From contig OZ024743.1 of assembly GCA_964016885.1 (NCBI GenBank), positions 321,718,001 to 321,782,000 of the forward strand: a DNA stretch of 64,000 bases, in the 5' to 3' direction. Numbering within the stretch: position 1 is the first letter of the stretch; each line of letters opens with the position of its first letter. This stretch comes from Eledone cirrhosa. Its lineage: Eukaryota. The notes under the pieces were generated by a model, which saw only the letters and a list, made by a program, of their open reading frames with translations, ran no database searches and was not told where the DNA came from. Of this stretch, positions 56,001 through 64,000 are shown in pieces. A program made the translations under genes and the position numbers.

Positions 56001-59000
56001 CAACACAGCAACATTGTGTTGAAGTGGAGCGACACAGCAACATTGTGCTGAAGGGGACCCACACAGCAACATTGTGTTGAAGTGGAGCAACACAGCAGCA
56101 TTGTGTTGAAGTGGAGCGACACAGCAACATTGTGCTGAAGGGGATCCACACAGCAACATTGTGCTGAAGTGGAGCCACACAGCAACATTGTGTTGAAGTG
56201 CCGCCACATAGCAACATTGTGTTGAAGTGGAGCCACACAGCAACATTGTGTTGAAGTGGAGACACACAGCAACATTGTGTTGAAGTGGAGCCACACAGCA
56301 ACATTGTCTTGAAGTGGAGCCACACAGCAACATTGTGTTGAGGTGGATCCACACAGCAACATTGTGTTGAAGTGGACCCACATAGCAACATTGTGTTGAA
56401 GGGGAGCCACACAGCAACATTGTGTTGAAGTTGACCCACACAGCAACATTGTGTTGAAGTGGAGCCACACAGCAACATTGTGCTGAAGTGGAACCACACA
56501 GCAACATTGTGTTGAAGTGGATCCACACAGCGACATTGTGTTGGAGTGGACTCACATAGCAACATTGTGTTGAAGGGGAGCCACACAGCAACATTGTGTT
56601 GAAGTGGAGCCACACAGCAACATTGTGTTGAAGTGGACCCACATAGCAACATTGTGTTGAAGTGGACCCACATAGCAACATTGTGTTGAAGTGGAGACAC
56701 ACAGCAACATTGTGTTGAAGTGGATCCACACAGCAACATTGTGTTGAAGTGGAGCCACACAGCAACATTGTGTTGAAGTGGACCCACGCAGCAACATTGT
56801 GTTGAAGTGGAGACACACAGCAACATTATGCTGAAGTGGAGCCACACAGCAACATTGTGTTGAAGTGGAGCGACACAGCAACATTGTGCTGAAGTGGAGC
56901 CACACAGCAACATTGTGTTGGAGTGGAGCCACATAGCAACATTGTGTTGAAGGGGAGCCACACAGCAACATTGTGTTGAAGTGGAGCCACACAGCAACAT
57001 TGTGCTGAAGTGGAACCACACAGCAACATTGTGTTGAAGTGGAGCCACACAGCAACATTGTGTTGGAGTGGAGCCACATAGCAACATTGTGTTGAAGGGG
57101 AGCCACACAGCAACATTGTGTTGAAGTGTAGCCACACAGCAACATTGTGTTGAAGTGGAGCCACACAGCAACATTGTGTTGAAGTGGAACCACACAGCAA
57201 CATTGTGTTGAAGTGGAGCGACACAGCAACATTGTGCTGAAGGCGACCCACACAGCAACATTGTGTTGCAGTGGAGTCACACAGCAACATTGTGTTGAAG
57301 GGGAGCCACACAGCAACATTGTGTTGAAGTGGAGCAACACAGCAACATTGTGTTGAAGTGGAGCGACACAGCAACATTGTGCTGAAGGGGACCCACACAG
57401 CAACATTGTGTTGAAGTGGAGCCACACAGCGACATTGTGTTGAAGTGGAGCCACATAGCAACATTGTGTTGAAGTGGAGACACACAGCAACATTGTGTTA
57501 AAGTGGAGTCACACAGCAACATTGTGCTGAAGGGGAGACACACAGCAACATTGTGTTGAAGGGGAGACACACAGCAACATTGTGTTGAAGTGGAGCCACA
57601 CAGCAACATTGTGTTGAAGTGGAGCCACACAGCAACATTGTGCTGAAGTGGAGCCACACAGCAACATTGTGTTGAAGTGTAGACACACAGCAACATTGTG
57701 TTGAAGTGGAGCTACACAGCAACATTGTGTTGAAGTGGAGCCACACAGCAACATTGTGCTGAAGTGGAGCCACACAGCAACATTGTGTTGAAGTGGAGCC
57801 ACACAGCAACATTGTGTTGAAGTGGAGCCACACAGCAACATTGTGTTGAAGTGGAGCCACACAGCAACAGTGTTCAAGTGGAGCCACACAGCAACAGTGT
57901 TCAAGTGGAGCCACACAGCAACATTGTGTTGAAGTGGAGACACACAGCAACATTGTGTTGAAGTGGTGCCACACAGCAACATTGTGTTGAAGTGAACCCA
58001 CATAGCAACATTGTGTTGAAGTGGAGACACACAGCAACATTGTGTTGAAGTGGAGCCACACAGCAACATTGTGTTTTAGTGGAGCCACACAGCAATATTG
58101 TGTTGAATTGGACCCACACAGCAACATTGTGTTGAAGTGGACCCACACATCAACATTGTGTTGAAGTGGACCCACACAGCAACATTGTGTTGAAGTGGAG
58201 CCACACAGCAACATTGTGTTGAAGTGGAGCCACACAGCAACATTGTGTTGAAGTGGAGCCACACAGCAACATTGTGTTGAGGTGGAGCCACACAGCAACA
58301 TTGTGCTGAAGTGGAGTCACACAGCAACATTGTGTTGAAGTGGAGCCACACAGCAATATTGTGTTGAAGTGGACCCACACAGCAACATTGTGTTGAAGTG
58401 GAGCCACACAGCAACATTGTGTTGAAGTGGAGCCACACAGCAACATTGTGTTGGAGTGGAGCCACATAGCAACATTGTGTTGAAGGGGAGCCACACAGCA
58501 ACATTGTGTTGAAGTGTAGCCACACAGCAACATTGTGTTGAAGTGGAGCCACACAGCAACATTGTGTTGAAGTGGAACCACACAGCAACATTGTGTTGAA
58601 GTGGAGCGACACAGCAACATTGTGCTGAAGGCGACTCACACAGCAACATTGTGTTGCAGTGGAGACACACAGCAACATTGTGTTGAAGGGGAGCCACACA
58701 GCAACATTGTGTTGAAGTGGAGCAACACAGCAACATTGTGTTGAAGTGGAGCGACACAGCAACATTGTGCTGAAGGGGACCCACACAGCAACATTGTGTT
58801 GAAGTGGAGCCACACAGCGACATTGTGTTGAAGTGGAGCCACATAGCAACATTGTGTTGAAGTGGAGACACACAGCAACATTGTGTTGAAGTGGAGTCAC
58901 ACAGCAACATTGTGCTGAAGGGGAGACACACAGCAACATTGTGTTGAAGGGGAGACACACAGCAACATTGTGTTGAAGTGGAGCCACACAGCAACATTGT

Positions 59001-62000
59001 GTTGAAGTGGAGCCACACAGCAACATTGTGCTGAAGTGGAGCCACACAGCAACATTGTGTTGAAGTGTAGACACACAGCAACATTGTGTTGAAGTGGAGC
59101 TACACAGCAACATTGTGTTGAAGTGGAGCCACACAGCAACATTGTGCTGAAGTGGAGCCACACAGCAACATTGTGTTGAAGTGGAGCCACACAGCAACAT
59201 TGTGTTGAAGTGGAGCCACACAGCAACATTGTGCTGAAGTGGAGCCACACAGCAACATTGTGTTGAAGTGGAGCCACACAGCAACATTGTGTTTTAGTGG
59301 AGCCACACAGCAATATTGTGTTGAATTGGACCCACACAGCAACATTGTGTTGAAGTGGACCCACACATCAACATTGTGTTGAAGTGGACCCACACAGCAA
59401 CATTGTGTTGAAGTGGAGCCACACAGCAACATTGTGTTGAAGTGGAGCCACACAGCAACATTGTGTTGAAGTGGAGCCACACAGCAACATTGTGTTGAGG
59501 TGGCGCCACACAGCAACATTGTGCTGAAGTGGAGTCACACAGCAACATTGTGTTGAAGTGGAGCCACACAGCAATATTGTGTTGAAGTGGACCCACACAG
59601 CAACATTGTGTTGAAGTGGAGCCACACAGCAACATTGTGTTGAAGTGGAGACACAGCAACATTGTGTTGAAGTGGAGCCACACAGCAACATTGTGTTGAA
59701 GTGGAGCCACACAGCAACATTGTGCTGAAGTGGAGCCACACAGCAACATTGTGTTGGAGTGGATCCACATAGCAACATTGTGTTGAAGGGGAGCCACACA
59801 GCAACATTGTGTTGAAGTGGAGCCACACAGCAACATTGTGCTGAAGTGGAACCACACAGCAACATTGTGTTGAAGTGGAGCCACACAGCAACATTGTGTT
59901 GGAGTGGAGCCACATAGCAACATTGTGTTGAAGGGGAGCCACACAGCAACATTGTGTTGAAGTGTAGCCACACAGCAACATTGTGTTGAAGTGGAGCCAC
60001 ACAGCAACATTGTGTTGAAGTGGAACCACACAGCAACATTGTGTTGAAGTGGAGCGACACAGCAACATTGTGCTGAAGGCGACCCACACAGCAACATTGT
60101 GTTGCAGTGGAGACACACAGCAACATTGTGTTGAAGGGGAACCACACAGCAACATTGTGTTGAAGTGGAGCAACACAGCAACATTGTGCTGAAGGGGACC
60201 CACACAGCAACATTGTGTTGAAGTGGAGCCACACAGCGACATTGTGTTGAAGGGGAGACACACAGCAACATTGTGTTGAAGTGGAGCCACACAGCAACAT
60301 TGTGCTGAAGTGGAGCCACACAGCAACATTGTGTTGAAGTGTAGACACACAGCAACATTGTGTTGAAGTGGAGCTACACAGCAACATTGTGTTGAAGTGG
60401 AGCCACACAGCAACATTGTGCTGAAGTGGAGCCACACAGCAACATTGTGTTGAAGCGGAGCCACACAGCAACATTGTGTTGAAGTGGAGCCACACAGCAA
60501 CATTGTGCTGAAGTGGAGCCACACAGCAACATTGTGTTGAAGTGGAGCCACACAGCAACAGTGTTCAAGTGGAGCCACACAGCAACAGTGTTCAAGTGGA
60601 GCCACACAGCAACATTGTGTTGAAGTGGAGACACACAGCAACATTGTGTTGAAGTGGTGCCACACAGCAACATTGTGTTTTAGTGGAGCCACACAGCAAT
60701 ATTGTGTTGAATTGGACCCACACAGCAACATTGTGTTGAAGTGGAGACACACAGCAACATTGTGTTGAAGTGGAGTAACACAGCAACATTGTGTTTTAGT
60801 GGAGCCACACAGCAATATTGTGTTGAATTGGACCCACACAGCAACATTGTGTTGAAGTGGACCCACACATCAACATTGTGTTGAAGTGGACCCACACAGC
60901 AACATTGTGTTGAAGTGGAGCCACACAGCAACATTGTGTTGAAGTGGAGCCACACAGCAACATTGTGTTGAAGTGGAGCCACACAGCAACATTGTGTTGA
61001 GGTGGAGCCACACAGCAACATTGTGCTGAAGTGGAGTCACACAGCAACATTGTGTTGAAGTGGAGCCACACAGCAATATTGTGTTGAAGTGGACCCACAC
61101 AGCAACATTGTGTTGAAGTGGAGCCACACAGCAACATTGTGTTGAAGGGGAGACACAGCAACATTGTGTTGAAGTGGAGCCACACAGCAACATTGTGTTG
61201 AAGTGGAGCCACACAGCAACATTGTGTTGAAGTGGAGCCACACAGCAACATTGTGTTGAAGTGGACCCACACAGCAACATTGTGTTGAAGTGGAGACACA
61301 CAGCAACATTGTGTTGAAGTGGACCCACATAGCAACATTGTGTTGAAGTGGAGACACACAGCAACATTGTGTTGAAGTGGATCCACACAGCAACATTGTG
61401 TTGAAGTGGAGCCACACAGCAACATTGTGTTGAAGTGGACCCACGCAGCAACATTGTGTTGAAGTGGAGACACACAGCAACATTATGTTGAAGTGGAGCC
61501 ACACAGCAACATTGTGTTGAAGTGGAGCGACACAGCAACATTGTGTTGGAGTGGAGCCACATAGCAACATTGTGTTGAAGGGGAGCCACACAGCAACATT
61601 GTGTTGAAGTGGAGCCACACAGCAACATTGTCCTGAAGTGGAACCACACAGCAACATTGTGTTGAAGTGGAGCCACACAGCAACATTGTGTTGGAGTGGA
61701 GCCACATAGCAACATTGTGTTGAAGGGGAGCCACACAGCAACATTGTGTTGAAGTGTAGCCACACAGCAACATTGTGTTGAAGTGGAGCCACACAGCAAC
61801 ATTGTGTTGAAGTGGAACCACACAGCAACATTGTGTTGAAGTGGAGCGACACAGCAACATTGTGCTGAAGGCGACCCACACAGCAACATTGTGTTGCAGT
61901 GGAGACACACAGCAACATTGTGTTGAAGGGGAGCCACACAGCAACATTGTGTTGAAGTGGAGCAACACAGCAACATTGTGTTGAAGTGGAGCGACACAGC

Positions 62001-64000
62001 AACATTGTGCTGAAGGGGACCCACACAGCAACATTGTGTTGAAGTGGAGCCACACAGCGACATTGTTTTGAAGTGGAGCCACATAGCAACATTGTGTTGA
62101 AGTGGAGACACACAGCAACATTGTGTTGAAGTGGAGTCACACAGCAACATTGTGCTGAAGGGGAGACACACAGCAACATTGTGTTGAAGGGGAGACACAC
62201 AGCAACATTGTGTTGAAGTGGAGCCACACAGCAACATTGTGTTGAAGTGGAGCCACACAGCAACATTGTGCTGAAGTGGAGCCACACAGCAACATTGTGT
62301 TGAAGTGTAGACACACAGCAACATTGTGTTGAAGTGGAGCTACACAGCAACATTGTGTTGAAGTGGAGCCACACAGCAACATTGTGCTGAAGTGGAGCCA
62401 CACAGCAATATTGTGTTGAAGTGGAGCCACACAGCAACATTGTGTTGAAGTGGAGCCACACAGCAACATTGTGCTGAAGTGGAGCCACACAGCAACATTG
62501 TGTTGAAGTGGAGCCACACAGCAACAGTGTTCAAGTGGAGCCACACAGCAACAGTGTTCAAGTGGAGCCACACAGCAACATTGTGTTGAAGTGGAGACAC
62601 ACAGCAACATTGTGTTGAAGTGGTGCCACACAGCAACATTGTGTTGAAGTGAACCCACATAGCAACATTGTGTTGAAGTGGAGACACACAGCAACATTGT
62701 GTTGAAGTGGAGCCACACAGCAACATTGTGTTTTAGTGGAGCCACACAGCAATATTGTGTTGAATTGGACCCACACAGCAACATTGTGTTGAAGTGGACC
62801 CACACATCAACATTGTGTTGAAGTGGACCCACACAGCAACATTGTGTTGAAGTGGAGCCACACAGCAACATTGTGTTGAAGTGGAGCCACACAGCAACAT
62901 TGTGTTGAAGTGGAGCCACACAGCAACATTGTGTTGAGGTGGAGCCACACAGCAACATTGTGCTGAAGTGGAGTCACACAGCAACATTGTGTTGAAGTGG
63001 AGCCACACAGCAATATTGTGTTGAAGTGGACCCACACAGCAACATTGTGTTGAAGTGGAGCCACACAGCAACATTGTGTTGAAGGGGAGACACAGCAACA
63101 TTGTGTTGAAGGGGAGCCACACAGCAACATTGTGTTGAAGTGGAGCCACACAGCAACATTGTGTTGAAGTGGAGCCACACAGCAACATTGTGTTGAAGTG
63201 GACCCACACAGCAACATTGTGTTGAAGTGGAGACACACAGCAACATTGTGTTGAAGTGGAGCCACACAGCAACATTGTGTTGAAGTGGAGCCACACAGCA
63301 ACATTGTGCTGAAGTGGAGCCACACAGCAACATTGTGTTGAAGTGGAGCCACACAGCAACAGTGTTCAAGTGGAGCCACACAGCAACAGTGTTCAAGTGG
63401 AGCCACACAGCAACATTGTGTTGAAGTGGAGACACACAGCAACATTGTGTTGAAGTGGTGCCACACAGCAACATTGTGTTTTAGTGGAGCCACACAGCAA
63501 TATTGTGTTGAATTGGACCCACACAGCAACATTGTGTTGAAGTGGAGACACACAGCAACATTGTGTTGAAGTGGAGCCACACAGCAACATTGTGTTTTAG
63601 TGGAGCCACACAGCAATATTGTGTTGAATTGGACCCACACAGCAACATTGTGTTGAAGTGGACCCACACATCAACATTGTGTTGAAGTGGAGACACACAG
63701 CAACATTGTGTTGAAGTGGAGCCACACAGCAACATTGTGTTGAAGTGGAGCCACACAGCAACATTGTGTTGAAGTGGAGCCACACAGCAACATTGTGTTG
63801 AGGTGGAGCCACACAGCAACATTGTGCTGAAGTGGAGTCACACAGCAACATTGTGTTGAAGTGGAGCCACACAGCAATATTGTGTTGAAGTGGACCCACA
63901 CAGCAACATTGTGTTGAAGTGGAGCCACACAGCAACATTGTGTTGAAGGGGAGACACAGCAACATTGTGTTGAAGTGGAGCCACACAGCAACATTGTGTT
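53060..64000. repeat. Sub-domain F: mosaic higher-order array lacking the gcgc insertion cassette
   Basis: Private markers aaggcgac..gttgcagtgg (55906, 57240, 58628, 60076, 61868), gttttagtgg, gtgtagacac and the 27-bp ggagacacagc monomer. ORF offsets include 1218, 1388, 1502, 2801 and 4657. Confidence 0.8.
54715..57420. repeat. Tandem duplication with period about 1332-1361 bp (46-47 monomers)
   Basis: Markers gtgccgccacatag, gttggagtggactc (about 55208/56540, offset 1332) and aaggcgaccc (55906/57240, offset 1334) recur in the same order. Confidence 0.85.

Larger units (their letters stand above)
1..64000. repeat. Tandem satellite array, 29-bp monomer GAAGTGGAGCCACACAGCAACATTGTGTT, about 2,200 copies, single orientation, extending beyond both edges
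   Basis: The monomer is directly readable throughout (perfect copy at 173-201; six consecutive perfect copies at about 43319-43492). Most monomers differ from consensus by 0-3 substitutions, with occasional 27-33 bp indel variants. No non-repeat sequence seen. Confidence 0.99.

Noticed and set aside
37-63994. Hundreds of long minus-strand ORFs (up to 769 aa) resembling Cys-rich, keratin-associated or metallothionein-like proteins
   Set aside because: They overlap in all three frames with the same periodic peptide, have no unique domains, and begin and end wherever random monomer variants create stops. They follow directly from a stop-free 29-bp monomer.
1-64000. CRISPR array (29-bp partly palindromic repeat containing GTTGAAGTGG)
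   Set aside because: The repeats abut directly with no unique spacers, leader or cas genes. The variable slot is only 1-2 substitutions in a fixed hexamer.
1-64000. Zinc-finger (PRDM9-like) or other coding minisatellite; telomeric repeat; plasmid iterons
   Set aside because: The period is 29 bp rather than 84 bp or another multiple of 3, with no C2H2 spacing. There is no G-rich telomere motif, and a telomerase template would not produce kb-scale higher-order duplications. No rep gene or origin context is present.
1-64000. Nucleosome-length periodicity (5x29=145, 6x29=174 bp)
   Set aside because: No consistent 5- or 6-monomer higher-order period or phased A-tracts is visible; the numerical match alone is not evidence.
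1-64000. Wholly synthetic or low-complexity sequencing artefact
   Set aside because: The hierarchical, position-dependent sharing of rare substitutions and indels is what natural satellite evolution produces, although individual duplications could still be assembly errors.

Overview
The whole 64-kb window is one uninterrupted, head-to-tail satellite/minisatellite array of a 29-bp monomer (consensus GAAGTGGAGCCACACAGCAACATTGTGTT, 48% GC, about 2,200 copies by 64000/29). It runs past both window edges. I saw no unique sequence, inversion, transposon, RNA gene or credible protein-coding gene. The many minus-strand ORFs are an artefact: the reverse-complement monomer has no stop codon in any frame. 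The information lies in the order of monomer variants. They define about six regional sub-domains, nested higher-order repeats (4-, 7-, 21-, 22-, 46-, 49-, 69-, 90-, 110- and 129-monomer periods), recent near-perfect kb-scale tandem duplications and an old ordered variant cassette shared across domains. The best-conserved half of each monomer matches the Doublesex/DMRT (DM-domain) binding consensus; this is only a hypothesis for function. The source is most likely eukaryotic heterochromatin, but the organism cannot be identified from the sequence alone. Boundaries and counts were read by eye and are approximate.
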